Positions 39,529 to 51,129 of a stretch of 64,000 nt of DNA are shown here, piece by piece (within the stretch, counting starts at the first letter, position 1; every line of letters begins with the position of its first letter). The position numbers and the translations under genes are program-made. This DNA comes from Alphaproteobacteria bacterium. GTDB taxonomy: Bacteria > Pseudomonadota > Alphaproteobacteria > GCA-2746255. A model generated the notes under the pieces. The model was not told where the DNA came from, did not search any database, and saw only the letters and a program-made list of their open reading frames with translations. The stretch is taken from contig OZ252220.1 of assembly GCA_965249135.1 (NCBI GenBank), forward strand, positions 1,280,001 through 1,344,000, written 5' to 3'.

Positions 39529-40931
39529 GGGGCCCCCTTCGGGCTCGCGTTCGCCCGCACATACGCCTCGACTTCCTCGAGGTCGTTGGGAAGCGCCGTC
39601 ATGCGTTCTTCGCGTTCGAAAAGGTCGGCGAGCCGCGCAGGCAACGCCGGACGGTGCCCGGTCGCCTGTTCGACCGCATCGGGAAACTTCGCCGGGTGCG
39701 CGCTTGCCAGAGCCACCATCGGAATTTCGGCCTCACCCATCTCGGCGCGCGCCGAGGCAATTGCGATCGCCGTATGCGGATCGATCAGCATCCCGCTTTC
39801 CTCATGGACCTCTGCTATCGTGCGAAGCGTCGCTCGGTCGTCGAACCGGTGGGCGGAGAAAGTCTCAACCGCTTGATAGAAAAGGCTTTTTTCTACATCT
39901 AGCCGACCGAAGCTGCGAAAGTTCTCCATCGAGGCACGGAGTTTTTCTGGGTCGCGCCCGTACAGATCGAAAAGGAAGCGCTCGAAATTGCTCGAGATCT
40001 GAATGTCCATCGCCGGACTTAAGCTCGGCTCGACGGTGCGGACCGTCATCGCGCCTTGGGTGAAGAAACGGAAAAGAATGTCGTTCCGGTTCGTGCCGAT
40101 CACCAGCCGATGGATGGGCAGCCCCATCCGTTTCGCCACGTAGCCGGCATAAACGTTTCCGAAGTTTCCCGTCGGAACGGCGAAGGCGACGTGTTTTTGG
40201 GTTTGCCTAAGTTTGAGCGCGGCGGAAAAGTAATAGACCGTCTGGGCAAGGATCCGCGCCCAGTTGATCGAGTTCACCGAGGAGAGCGCCTGCGCATCCC
40301 GAAAGGCGGTGTCGTTGAACATTCCCTTCACGAGATCCTGGCAATCGTCGAAGGTGCCATCGATCGCAAGGTTATGGACGTTCGCGGCTTTGACCGTCGT
40401 CATCTGCCGGCGCTGGACCTCGGATATCCGTCCCTTTGGGTGCAGGATGAAGATGTCGATGGTGACGCGATCGCGGCAGGCCTCGATGGCCGCCGAGCCC
40501 GTATCGCCGGAAGTGGCGCCTACCACCGTAATGCGTTGCCTGCGGGCTTGCAGTACATGATCGAAGAGCCGGCCTACGAGTTGAAGGGCGTAGTCCTTAA
40601 ACGCAAGGGTCGGCCCGTGAAAGAGTTCCATCAGCCAGAAGTTTTGATCGAGCTTGCGGAGCGGGGCTACTTCCGGGTCGTCGAAGCCAGCATAGGCTTC
40701 GTTCACCATGCGGGTGAAATCCTCAAGCCCGATCCCGCCATTCAGGAAGGGCGTCATGACGCGGACGGCAAGCTCGGGATAGGAAAGGCCGTTTAAGCCT
40801 TCCAGCGCCGCGGAATCGAACTGAGGGAACGTCGCGGGCACGTAGAGCCCGCCGTCCCGGGCAAGCCCGGCCAGCAGGACCTCGTCGAAGGGAAGCTCGG
40901 GCGCTTCACCCCGGGTGCTGACATAACGCAA
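39525..40931 (-). CDS. thrC: Threonine synthase
   Basis: YVSTRG, ELFHGPTLAFKD, ATSGDTG, NSINWAR. Confidence 0.97.
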   Translation of the reverse strand: MRYVSTRGEAPELPFDEVLLAGLARDGGLYVPATFPQFDSAALEGLNGLSYPELAVRVMTPFLNGGIGLEDFTRMVNEAYAGFDDPEVAPLRKLDQNFWLMELFHGPTLAFKDYALQLVGRLFDHVLQARRQRITVVGATSGDTGSAAIEACRDRVTIDIFILHPKGRISEVQRRQMTTVKAANVHNLAIDGTFDDCQDLVKGMFNDTAFRDAQALSSVNSINWARILAQTVYYFSAALKLRQTQKHVAFAVPTGNFGNVYAGYVAKRMGLPIHRLVIGTNRNDILFRFFTQGAMTVRTVEPSLSPAMDIQISSNFERFLFDLYGRDPEKLRASMENFRSFGRLDVEKSLFYQAVETFSAHRFDDRATLRTIAEVHEESGMLIDPHTAIAIASARAEMGEAEIPMVALASAHPAKFPDAVEQATGHRPALPARLADLFEREERMTALPNDLEEVEAYVRANASPKGAP

Positions 40932-41016
40932 CTAACGTCTCCGAAATTTTCGCGCTTCGAGAACCTAGCCCCCGCCCGTCGCCCCGGCAAGCGGCCGGCG
41001 CGAATGCGTGCCACGA

Positions 41017-41721
41017 TCAGGGACGGGGGCGCCGATGGTAGAGAAAATAGATAACGAGAAGGATGACGGCCAGCGAATACCAAGTGATCGCGTAGTGCAG
41101 GTGAGCGTTGGGAAGCTCGATCCGGGACAGCAAGGCCCGCGGATAGACGCCTGCATCGCCGCCGGGGCTCGCCTCGAGAAGGATGGGCAGCGCCGGATCG
41201 ACGCCGGCCCAGCCGGCCATCGCCGGCAGGTCCACGTGGAACCAGAGATTGTTCCTCGGCTCGTTCGGTGGGGTAAACCAGCCTTTCGGCTTGTCCGTGC
41301 GGAGGGTGCCTTCGACCGTGACGATGCCGGAAGGAAGCCCAGGCAACCGTGTCGAGGGGTCCTTCCGGTCCATCGGCACCCAACCGCGGTTCACGAGAAG
41401 TGCCGCGCCATCCTCACGCTTGAGCGGCGTCATGATCTCGTAGCCGACGCTTCCCTTGCGCGTGCGGTTGCTTAAATACATTTCTTTCTCGTGAAGGAAG
41501 CTGCCCCGGACGCGGACCCGCCGGAATTCCCAGGCCTTCGGCGTCTCGATCGCGGAAGGAAGCGCCACCGGCGGCTCGGCCAAGTTGGCATCCATCTCCG
41601 CAATCAACGCCTGCTTCCAGGCGAGCCGGTCCATCTGCCAGTTGCCAAGAAGGATCAATACGCAAACCGCCGGCACGCTGAGTACGGTCGGCCACAGGGT
41701 CGGTCGAAAGGAGAAAGCCAT
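41017..41721 (-). CDS. SURF1-family cytochrome oxidase assembly protein
   Basis: LGNWQMDRLAWK, LVNRGWVP, NAHLHYAITWY. Confidence 0.93.
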   Translation of the reverse strand: MAFSFRPTLWPTVLSVPAVCVLILLGNWQMDRLAWKQALIAEMDANLAEPPVALPSAIETPKAWEFRRVRVRGSFLHEKEMYLSNRTRKGSVGYEIMTPLKREDGAALLVNRGWVPMDRKDPSTRLPGLPSGIVTVEGTLRTDKPKGWFTPPNEPRNNLWFHVDLPAMAGWAGVDPALPILLEASPGGDAGVYPRALLSRIELPNAHLHYAITWYSLAVILLVIYFLYHRRPRP

Positions 41722-41724
41722 CTT

Positions 41725-42099
41725 TTACGACGGGTCGTCCCGATGCTCGGGCCGGTACTTATAGTTGGCGGCGATGATCCAGCCCTTGAGCGGCGGCAGC
41801 ATCAGATAGACCCCGCCTAAGATGAGCGGGACCCAAAGCAGCCCATGGACCCAGTACGGGGGCATGTAGGCGACCTCGACGACGAGCGCCAGGCCGACGA
41901 CGAGAAAGCCCAGGAGCAGGATGATGAAAACGGCCGGCCCATCCGCGTTCTCAAAGCCGGAAAGATCAAGGCCGCAGACCGAACAACGGTCTGCGACCTT
42001 GAGATAACCCTTAAACAGCCTGCCTTTCCCACAGCGCGGGCAACGGCCGGCAAAGCCTGCGCGAATCGGAGAAACGTTCGGGGCGGAACCTTCCGTCAT
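41725..42099 (-). CDS. DUF983 membrane protein
   Basis: CPRCGKGRLF...CSVCG, DGPA, two TM helices. Confidence 0.85.
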   Translation of the reverse strand: MTEGSAPNVSPIRAGFAGRCPRCGKGRLFKGYLKVADRCSVCGLDLSGFENADGPAVFIILLLGFLVVGLALVVEVAYMPPYWVHGLLWVPLILGGVYLMLPPLKGWIIAANYKYRPEHRDDPS

Positions 42100-42121
42100 T
42101 CGCGCGTAAATGCAACCTCCC

Positions 42122-42931
42122 TTATGCCGTTGGCCACCAGTAGACGCAGGTGAACAGGAACAACCATACGACGTCGACGAAATGCCAATACCAGGCCGCC
42201 GCCTCGAACCCGAAGTGCTGGTCCGGCTTGAAGTGGCCGAGGATCGCCCTGAGCAGCATCGCCGAGAGGAAGATCGAGCCGACGATCACATGAAAACCGT
42301 GGAACCCGGTCGCCATGAAGAAGGTCGAGGGATAGACGCCGTCGACGAAGCGGAAAGGCGCGTGGCTGTATTCGTAAGCCTGGAGGCCCGTAAAGGTGAG
42401 GCCAAGCGCGATGGTGATCGCCAGCCAGCCGATCAACTGGCCCCGGTTGCCATGGCGAAGGCCATGATGGGCGATCGTCACCGTGCCGCCGGAGGAGAGC
42501 AGGATGATCGTGTTGATGAAGGGGATGTCCCAGGGATTGAAGACGTCCATCCCATTCGGTGGCCAGACGCTGCCGATCTGTTCCGTCGGGAAGAGGGACG
42601 CGTTGAAATAGGCCCAGAAGAAGGCGGCAAAGAACAGCACCTCCGACATGATGAAGAGCGCCATGCCGAAGCGCAGGCCAACCTGCACGACCGGGGTGTG
42701 GTAGCTGCCGCTCTCACCCTCGAGGGCTACATCCGTAAACCACCGCACCATCGTGTAGAGGATGCCGAAAAAGCCCAGGATCATGACCGCCGCATCGGCA
42801 AGGGTCCGGTCGCTGTGCATGAACAGGACGCCACCACCGAACGCCAAAAACGCCGAGATGGCGCCTATGATCGGCCACGGACTTGGGTCGACCAGGTGAT
42901 AGGGATGCGGGTGCGCGTGACCATTCGTCAT
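42122..42931 (-). CDS. coxC: Cytochrome c oxidase subunit III
   Basis: HPYHLVDPSPWP, TGFHGFHV, WYWHFVDVVW. Confidence 0.97.
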   Translation of the reverse strand: MTNGHAHPHPYHLVDPSPWPIIGAISAFLAFGGGVLFMHSDRTLADAAVMILGFFGILYTMVRWFTDVALEGESGSYHTPVVQVGLRFGMALFIMSEVLFFAAFFWAYFNASLFPTEQIGSVWPPNGMDVFNPWDIPFINTIILLSSGGTVTIAHHGLRHGNRGQLIGWLAITIALGLTFTGLQAYEYSHAPFRFVDGVYPSTFFMATGFHGFHVIVGSIFLSAMLLRAILGHFKPDQHFGFEAAAWYWHFVDVVWLFLFTCVYWWPTA

Positions 42932-42936
42932 TGGGT

Positions 42937-43590
42937 TTATCCTCCAGGGTGCCCCGTAATCTTTCGCGAATTTTTGCTTTCCTCAAGGATCCCCTGCGCT
43001 CTCGCGGCACCCGTTTCGGTGGCCGCGCGTGCAAGGCGATCCTTCGTTTCCTCGTCCCCGCCAAGGGCGCGGAAAAACGTATAGGAAAGGGTGATCGTCT
43101 CGACGTCGTCGAGGTTTGGATCCCGTAAAATCTCTGGATCGATAAAGAAGGAGACCGGCATCTCGGCGCGCTCCCCGGGTTTGAGCTTTTGCTCGTCAAA
43201 ACAGAAGCAATGGATCTTGCTGAAATAAAGCCCGGCCTTCAGCGGCGTCACGTTGAAGACGGCGGTGCCGACCAGGGTTTCTTCCGAGCGGTTCGTCGCT
43301 TCGTAGAATGCCAGCTTCTCTTCGCCGACCCAGACCTGGACCTCGCGTTGCACCGGCCGGAAGGCCCATGGCAGGTCGGGCGCGATGTCGGAGTTGAAGC
43401 GCACGGTGATCAAACGATCGAAAATCGCATCCGGGGCGGCGGTCGCCGTCTGGGTGGTGCCGCCGAAGCCCGTCACCTGACAGAACAGGCGATAGAGAGG
43501 GACGGCCGCGAAGCTCAACGCCGTCATGCTGCCAACGACGAGCGCGAGCGAGGCGAGGACCATCCGGTTGCGATGTTCTCTTTTCACCAC
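42937..43590 (-). CDS. ctaG: Cytochrome c oxidase assembly protein CtaG/Cox11
   Basis: VPLYRLFCQVTGFGGT, CFCF. Confidence 0.95.
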   Translation of the reverse strand: MVKREHRNRMVLASLALVVGSMTALSFAAVPLYRLFCQVTGFGGTTQTATAAPDAIFDRLITVRFNSDIAPDLPWAFRPVQREVQVWVGEEKLAFYEATNRSEETLVGTAVFNVTPLKAGLYFSKIHCFCFDEQKLKPGERAEMPVSFFIDPEILRDPNLDDVETITLSYTFFRALGGDEETKDRLARAATETGAARAQGILEESKNSRKITGHPGG

Positions 43591-43721
43591 GATTCCCCCA
43601 TCCGGATGATCGAGACGACATAGATTAACGCCACCAGCCCGAGAAGGATCGCGAGAACAACGAGGTTCTTCGTTTTCAGGTTCTTCTTCGGGTTATCGCC
43701 GGTTGTCATTGTCGCTTCCAT
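43584..43721 (-). CDS. 45-aa single-TM protein in the cox operon (not in ORF track)
   Basis: MEATMTTGDNPKKNLKTKNLVVLAILLGLVALIYVVSIIRMGESW*; fills the ctaB-ctaG gap and overlaps the ctaG start. Confidence 0.7.
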   Translation of the reverse strand: MEATMTTGDNPKKNLKTKNLVVLAILLGLVALIYVVSIIRMGESW

Positions 43722-43724
43722 GTC

Positions 43725-44633
43725 TTAAGCCGCCAAGCTCAAACCCCGATCGGCCAACAGGGCAGTAAAGAGAAGAAAGAGATAAAGAATCGAAAAGGCG
43801 AACATGTGCCGCGCCGAGCGGTCCGTTTCATCGAACCAGACGCGGACGGCGGAAGCCAGGAAGACCGCGCCTAGAAGGGCGGCGGCGCTGGCATAAAAGA
43901 GGCCGGCAAGCCCGATGAAGCTGGGTGCCAGCGTCAACGGGATCAGCAGCAGGGTGTAGAGGAGGATCTGCTTGCGGGTCTCGCGCAGGCCCGCCACCAC
44001 GGGCAGCATCGGCACGCCGGCGTTTTTGTAATCATCGCTTCGGTAGAGCGACAGCGCCCAGAAATGCGGCGGCGTCCATAGGAAGATGATGGCGAAGAGG
44101 ACAAGCGGGCTTAGGCTTACGTCGCCGGTCACCGCCGCCCAACCAATCATCGGCGGAAAGGCGCCCGCCGCGCCCCCGATGACGATGTTCTGAGGCGTGC
44201 GCCGCTTGAGCCACATCGTATAGACGAAGACGTAGAAGGCGATGGTGAGCGCAAGCAGGCCGGCCGCGACCCAGTTCACCGCCAACCCCATCATGGCGAC
44301 GGCGCCCATCGCCAGCACGACTCCGAAGCCCAGCGCCTCGTCCGGCACGATGCGTCCCATCGGCAAGGGGCGTGCGCGGGTCCGTTGCATCTTCGCGTCG
44401 ATGTCCCGGTCGTACCACATGTTGATGGCACCTGCCGCCCCCGCACCGACGGCGATGCAAAGCAGCGCCACCCCTGCCAGGACCGGATGCAGCGTGCCGG
44501 GGGCCAGCAGCAGACCGACGATGCCGGTGAAGACGACCAGCGACATGACCCGCGGCTTCAGGAGCTGGAAGAAGTCCTGAACGCGGGAGCCGCCGGCGAG
44601 CGCGGCTTCGCTTTGGATCGTCGTGGAATGCAT
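43725..44633 (-). CDS. ctaB: Heme o synthase (protoheme IX farnesyltransferase)
   Basis: [43 protein letters not shown]. Confidence 0.95.
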   Translation of the reverse strand: MHSTTIQSEAALAGGSRVQDFFQLLKPRVMSLVVFTGIVGLLLAPGTLHPVLAGVALLCIAVGAGAAGAINMWYDRDIDAKMQRTRARPLPMGRIVPDEALGFGVVLAMGAVAMMGLAVNWVAAGLLALTIAFYVFVYTMWLKRRTPQNIVIGGAAGAFPPMIGWAAVTGDVSLSPLVLFAIIFLWTPPHFWALSLYRSDDYKNAGVPMLPVVAGLRETRKQILLYTLLLIPLTLAPSFIGLAGLFYASAAALLGAVFLASAVRVWFDETDRSARHMFAFSILYLFLLFTALLADRGLSLAA

Positions 44634-44693
44634 CACACCTTTCGTCACTCGGAAACTCTCAGAAGCCTCTCGCCCGGCACTTAAACGCCGCGC

Positions 44694-46310
<1,617 letters not shown>

Positions 46311-46315
46311 TTAAG

Positions 46316-47161
46316 CTATTGCTGGACTTGCGTCCGCGCGATGCGGGTTTTGCTGCCCGCGTCATCCTTGGTTGCGTATTCCTCTTTCGCCTCTTTCAGC
46401 CACGCCGCATAGGCTTCGTCCGAGACGACCTTGACCGTGATCGGCATCATGGCGTGGTTCGTACCGCAGAGTTCCGAACACTGTCCATAATAGGTGCCTT
46501 CCTTTTCGGCACGGAACCAAGTTTCGTTCAACCGGCCCGGGACCGCATCGATCTTGGCGCCGAAAGCCGGGATCGCCCACGCATGGAGCACGTCCGTCGA
46601 GGTCACCAGCACGCGGACCGTCTTGTTGACGGGCACAACCACCGCCGTGTCGGTGGCGAGCAGGCGGGGCTGCCCCTCTTCAAGCTCGTCCGCTTCGAGC
46701 ACGAAGGCATCGAAGGTGAGGTCGTCGTGATCCGGATAGACGTAGGACCAATACCATTGATGCCCGATCGCCTTGACCGTGATCTCGGCATTCTCCACCC
46801 GGTCCATGTAGTACATGAGCCGGAAGGACGGAATCGCCATGACGACGAGAATGAGAGTGGGGATCACCGTCCAGAGCACTTCCAGGGACGTGTTGTGGGT
46901 CGTCTTGGAGGAAACCGGATTCGCCTTCGCGTTGAAGCGAAGGATGATGTAGATGAGTAGCGCCAGGATGAAGACGGTGATCACGGTGACGATGACCAGG
47001 AGAAAGTCATGAAACCCGCTTAGCTGGCTCATCACCGGCGAAGCCGCATCCTGAAACCCGAACTGCCATGGCACTGGCTGGTCTGCCACCGCGTCCGCCG
47101 CCGAACCAACGCCGAAGATCACAAACGCCGCAAGAAAGAGAAGTCGCCGAGCGAAAGGCAT
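46316..47161 (-). CDS. coxB: Cytochrome c oxidase subunit II
   Basis: GHQWYWSY, DVLHAW, CuA motif CSELCGTNHAMM. Confidence 0.97.
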   Translation of the reverse strand: MPFARRLLFLAAFVIFGVGSAADAVADQPVPWQFGFQDAASPVMSQLSGFHDFLLVIVTVITVFILALLIYIILRFNAKANPVSSKTTHNTSLEVLWTVIPTLILVVMAIPSFRLMYYMDRVENAEITVKAIGHQWYWSYVYPDHDDLTFDAFVLEADELEEGQPRLLATDTAVVVPVNKTVRVLVTSTDVLHAWAIPAFGAKIDAVPGRLNETWFRAEKEGTYYGQCSELCGTNHAMMPITVKVVSDEAYAAWLKEAKEEYATKDDAGSKTRIARTQVQQ

Positions 47162-47488
47162 GGAATCCAGCCCTCCCTAACTGGTGAGATCCGAAGGAAC
47201 GAAACCGTCTCCCGGGAGCAATCCGGAAAAATCTGCGTTCACACGCACCCGAACGATCGGGTAAGTCGAGCCGGTTCGTATCGCCCCCATATGGCCAAAA
47301 TTTATAACAGAGTGCGGCGGCTTGGTAAAAAAGATTCACCTTGTCGAAGACCCCAGAAACCCTGCAGACTCGCGGATGCGAGAGGGTCTTAAGGCAGGGT
47401 CGCGATTTATTACAGGAAAATAATGTAATAATCGCCTGCCCCCGTCTCAGCGCCATGGCGCGGCGAAAAAACGAAAACGAGGTGCCGT

Positions 47489-48925
47489 TTGTCCGATCTG
47501 CCGACCACCGACGATATCTTCTTCGCGCAGACGACGCTCGACCGGGGCCGCGTCGAGGGCATCGTGGACGATGCGTTGAAGGGCGCCGACGACGGCGAGC
47601 TCTTCTTAGAGTTCCGGCAGTCGGAAAGCCTTGTCTTCGACGACGGAAGGCTGAAAAGCGCCAGCTTCGATTCTTCTCACGGCTTCGGGCTTCGGGCGAT
47701 CGCCAAGGAGGCGGTCGGCTACGCCCATGCCACGGATCTCGATGAGGCGACGATGCGGCGTGCCGCGGAGACGGTGAAGGCGGTCCGGGAAGGCCATGGC
47801 GGCACGCTGATGGCCGCACCCTCGAGCACGAACCGGCACCGCTATTCCGACCAGAACCCCCTGGACCGGGTCGATTTCGAGCGCAAGGTCCGATTGCTCG
47901 CCGAAATCGACGCCTATGCCCGTCAAAAGGACCCGCGGGTCCGCCAGGTCACGGCTTCGCTGGCCGGCGAATGGCAGGCCGTCGAAATCCTGCGCCCGGG
48001 CGGCGAGCGAGCGAGCGATTTGCGCCCCTTGATTCGCTTGAACGTGTTCGTCGTCGTCGGCGAGGGCGAGCGGATGGAGAGCGGCAGCCATGGGGCGGGC
48101 GGACGCGCCGCCTATGACGAGTGGCTCGATCCGGCGAACTGGCGGCACCAGGTGGACGAGGCGCTGCGCCAGGCGCTCGTCAACCTCGAATCCGTGCCGG
48201 CGCCGGCCGGCGAGATGCCGGTCGTGCTGGGACCGGGCTGGCCCGGCATCCTGCTGCACGAGGCGATCGGCCACGGCCTGGAAGGCGACTTCAATCGGAA
48301 GAAGACGTCCGCCTTTTCCGGCCTGATCGGAGAACGGGTGACAAGAGAGGGTGTCACCGTCATCGACGACGGCACGATCGAGAACCGTCGTGGCTCGCTT
48401 ACCATCGATGACGAGGGCACGCCCACCGAACGGACGGTCCTGATCGAGGACGGCATCCTGAAGGGCTACATGCAGGACCGCCAGAACGCCGCCCTCATGG
48501 GTTTGCCGCCTACCGGCAACGGGCGCAGGGAAAGTTTCGCCCACAAGCCGATGCCGCGCATGACGAACACCTACATGCTGGCCGGCACCGACACACCGGA
48601 AGAAATCTTACGTTCCGTGAAGAAGGGCCTCTATGCGATCAATTTCGGTGGCGGCCAAGTCGACATCACCTCGGGCAAATTCGTCTTCTCGGCGACGGAA
48701 GCCTATTTGATCGAGGATGGCCGCATCACCACGCCCGTCAAGGGAGCGACGCTGATCGGCAACGGGCCGGACGTGCTTAAGAAGGTCTCCATGATCGGCA
48801 ACGACCTCAAACTCGATCCCGGGATCGGCACCTGCGGCAAGGAAGGACAGGGAGTGCCGGTCGGCGTCGGCCAGCCGACCCTTCTCATCGACCGGCTCAC
48901 CGTCGGCGGCACGGCGTCCGGTTAG
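47489..48925 (+). CDS. tldD: Metalloprotease TldD
   Basis: LLHEAIGHGLEGDFNRK, PRMTNT, CGKEGQGVPV. Confidence 0.96.
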   Translation: MSDLPTTDDIFFAQTTLDRGRVEGIVDDALKGADDGELFLEFRQSESLVFDDGRLKSASFDSSHGFGLRAIAKEAVGYAHATDLDEATMRRAAETVKAVREGHGGTLMAAPSSTNRHRYSDQNPLDRVDFERKVRLLAEIDAYARQKDPRVRQVTASLAGEWQAVEILRPGGERASDLRPLIRLNVFVVVGEGERMESGSHGAGGRAAYDEWLDPANWRHQVDEALRQALVNLESVPAPAGEMPVVLGPGWPGILLHEAIGHGLEGDFNRKKTSAFSGLIGERVTREGVTVIDDGTIENRRGSLTIDDEGTPTERTVLIEDGILKGYMQDRQNAALMGLPPTGNGRRESFAHKPMPRMTNTYMLAGTDTPEEILRSVKKGLYAINFGGGQVDITSGKFVFSATEAYLIEDGRITTPVKGATLIGNGPDVLKKVSMIGNDLKLDPGIGTCGKEGQGVPVGVGQPTLLIDRLTVGGTASG

Positions 48926-48943
48926 GAACACCGCCCCTCACCT

Positions 48944-50293
48944 CTAATAGGCGCATTCCTCATAGATCGGATCGATCGCGCCGCCCCATGCGTGGGCGTA
49001 GCGTTCGAGCAGATGCTCGGCGGCAGTGACGCCGGTTTCCGCCGTCTCGGCGAGGACGTCGAGGAAGTGGCTTTCGTCACGGCCCTCCCCATCCTTGCGC
49101 GCGCGCCGGGCAAGGCCTGTGCGCGCAATCGCGATCGCTTGCTTTGCCACCTCCTGGATGGTTCGCCCATGGATGCGCGCCTTCAGCGCGTCGCGGGCGA
49201 CCACTTTGCCTAACGCTTGCTGTTCCTCGATCGTCCAGTCCTTCACAAGCTCGAGCGCGGCCGCCTTGGCTTCCCCATCATATAAAAGCCCCACCCAAAA
49301 GGCCGGCAACGCACAAAGCTGTGCCCCACCACCGGCGCCGGCGCCGCGCATCTCGAGGAAACGCTTCATGCGGACGTCGGGGAAGGCGGTCGTCAGATGG
49401 TCCTCCCAGTCGGTAAGCGTCGGCGCCTCGCCCGGAAGCGCAGGCAGCTTGCGATCGAGAAAGTCACGAAAACTTTGCCCCGCCGCGTTGACGTATTTTC
49501 CGTCTCGGATGACGAAGTACATCGGCACGTCGAGCATGTAATCGACGTAGCGTTCGAACCCCATGGAGGAATCAAAAACGAAGGGAAGGAATCCACAACG
49601 GTCGGGGTCCGTGTGCATCCACACATGGGAGCGGGTGCTCAAATACCCGTTTGGGCGGCCTTCAACGAAGGGGGAATTTGCGTATAGCGCCGTGATCACC
49701 GGCTGCAGTGCCATGGAGATGCAAAACTTCTCGATCATGTCCACTTCGGATCCGAAGTCGAGGTTCACCTGCACGGTGCAGGTGCGCAACATCATGTCGA
49801 GGCCAAGCTTGCCCCTCGTCGGCATGTAGTCGCGCATGATCCGGTAACGCCGTTTCGGCATCCAGGGCATCGCCTCACGGGGCCACTTCGGCAGGAAGCC
49901 GAGATTGAGAAGGCCGAGGCCCAAGGATTCGGTGACGGAGCGAAGCTGGGCGCGATGGTCGGCGACTTCGACACAGGTCTCATGCAGGTTTCGCAAGGGC
50001 GCGCCGGAAAGCTCGATCTGCCCGCCCGGCTCCAGCGTGATCGAACCAAAGCCGGGCTTGGTAAGAGCGATCGGGTTTCCCTCTTCCAGGATCGGTTGCC
50101 AGTCGAAGCGTTGCATGCCCTCCAGGATGGCGCGTATACCATCGGGCCCCTCGTAAGGCACCGGCATGAGATCGTCTTTGCGGAAGACAAACTTCTCGTG
50201 CTCGGTTCCGATCCGCCAGTCTTCGGGCGGCTTGCATCCTTCGATGAAATAATCGACGAGTTCGGATTTGTCGGCTACGGCAAGCGCGGTCAT
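48944..50293 (-). CDS. gshA: Glutamate--cysteine ligase (alphaproteobacterial/plant type)
   Basis: RIGTEHEKF, LEPGGQIELSG, MPKRRY, TCTVQVNLDF, HLTTAFPDVR. Confidence 0.93.
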   Translation of the reverse strand: MTALAVADKSELVDYFIEGCKPPEDWRIGTEHEKFVFRKDDLMPVPYEGPDGIRAILEGMQRFDWQPILEEGNPIALTKPGFGSITLEPGGQIELSGAPLRNLHETCVEVADHRAQLRSVTESLGLGLLNLGFLPKWPREAMPWMPKRRYRIMRDYMPTRGKLGLDMMLRTCTVQVNLDFGSEVDMIEKFCISMALQPVITALYANSPFVEGRPNGYLSTRSHVWMHTDPDRCGFLPFVFDSSMGFERYVDYMLDVPMYFVIRDGKYVNAAGQSFRDFLDRKLPALPGEAPTLTDWEDHLTTAFPDVRMKRFLEMRGAGAGGGAQLCALPAFWVGLLYDGEAKAAALELVKDWTIEEQQALGKVVARDALKARIHGRTIQEVAKQAIAIARTGLARRARKDGEGRDESHFLDVLAETAETGVTAAEHLLERYAHAWGGAIDPIYEECAY

Positions 50294-50312
50294 GGTTTCT
50301 CGTTTCGCCTTT

Positions 50313-51071
50313 TTAAGATCTCTTTTCTTCAAAGCGAAAGTTGGGGCGCCTTTCCCAGTCGCCGAGCACCGCCTGCCAACAGGTAAGGGCCGCGATGGCG
50401 GCGGTATCGGCACGCAGAACCCGGGGGCCCAGACTTGCGGAGGTAACAAAAGGAAGTTGACGAAGCGCGTCAAGTTCACCGCGCACGAAGCCCCCCTCGG
50501 GCCCCGTCAGCAGCGCCCATGCGCCGGGTCCGGCACGGCCCAGAACTTCCAGGATGGGTGGGCCGCCGCCAGTTTCGTCGCAAAGGAGCAGACGGCGCGC
50601 AGAAGGCCAATGCTTAAGCGCCTGGCCTAAGGGTTCCGCCTCATCGATCTTCGGTATGGAGAGGCGCTCGGTTTGTTCCGCCGCCTCGGTGGCGTAGGCT
50701 TCAAGGCGCTTCACGTTCACCCGTTTCGTTTCCGTTCGTTCCGTGATCACGGGCTTGAAATGCGTGACGCCTAGTTCCGTTGCTTTTTCGACGAGAGTAT
50801 CGATGCGGTTCCGTTTGAGGGCTGCGAAAAGAAACCAGAGGTCGGGAAGCGTGTCTTGGGGACGGCAGCATTTTTGCGGAGCGACAAGCATGCGCTTCTT
50901 CGAGCGTTTTTCGATGACCGCTTCCCACTCGCCATCGCGGCCATTGAAGAGACGGATACGATCGCGCAGCCCAAGCTGCATCACATGAACCAGATAGTGG
51001 GTCTGCTCGGGCCCCAACTCAAAGGACGCACCCTTCTTAAGCCCATCGTCGACGTACAACCGGACGGCCAT
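50313..51071 (-). CDS. rsmE: 16S rRNA m3U1498 methyltransferase
   Basis: EKATELGV, EAAEQ, GPEGGF, LGPRVLRADTA. Confidence 0.95.
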   Translation of the reverse strand: MAVRLYVDDGLKKGASFELGPEQTHYLVHVMQLGLRDRIRLFNGRDGEWEAVIEKRSKKRMLVAPQKCCRPQDTLPDLWFLFAALKRNRIDTLVEKATELGVTHFKPVITERTETKRVNVKRLEAYATEAAEQTERLSIPKIDEAEPLGQALKHWPSARRLLLCDETGGGPPILEVLGRAGPGAWALLTGPEGGFVRGELDALRQLPFVTSASLGPRVLRADTAAIAALTCWQAVLGDWERRPNFRFEEKRS

Positions 51072-51129
51072 GGCCTTGCTTGCCCTCTTGCCCTTAAGAT
51101 GAACCGGTGAAACCACTAGACCTTAGCCG

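Noticed and set aside
47300-47345. Possible RegA/RegR box (TGCGGC...) upstream of coxB
   Set aside because: Only a half-site is recognisable, and it is too degenerate in GC-rich DNA.
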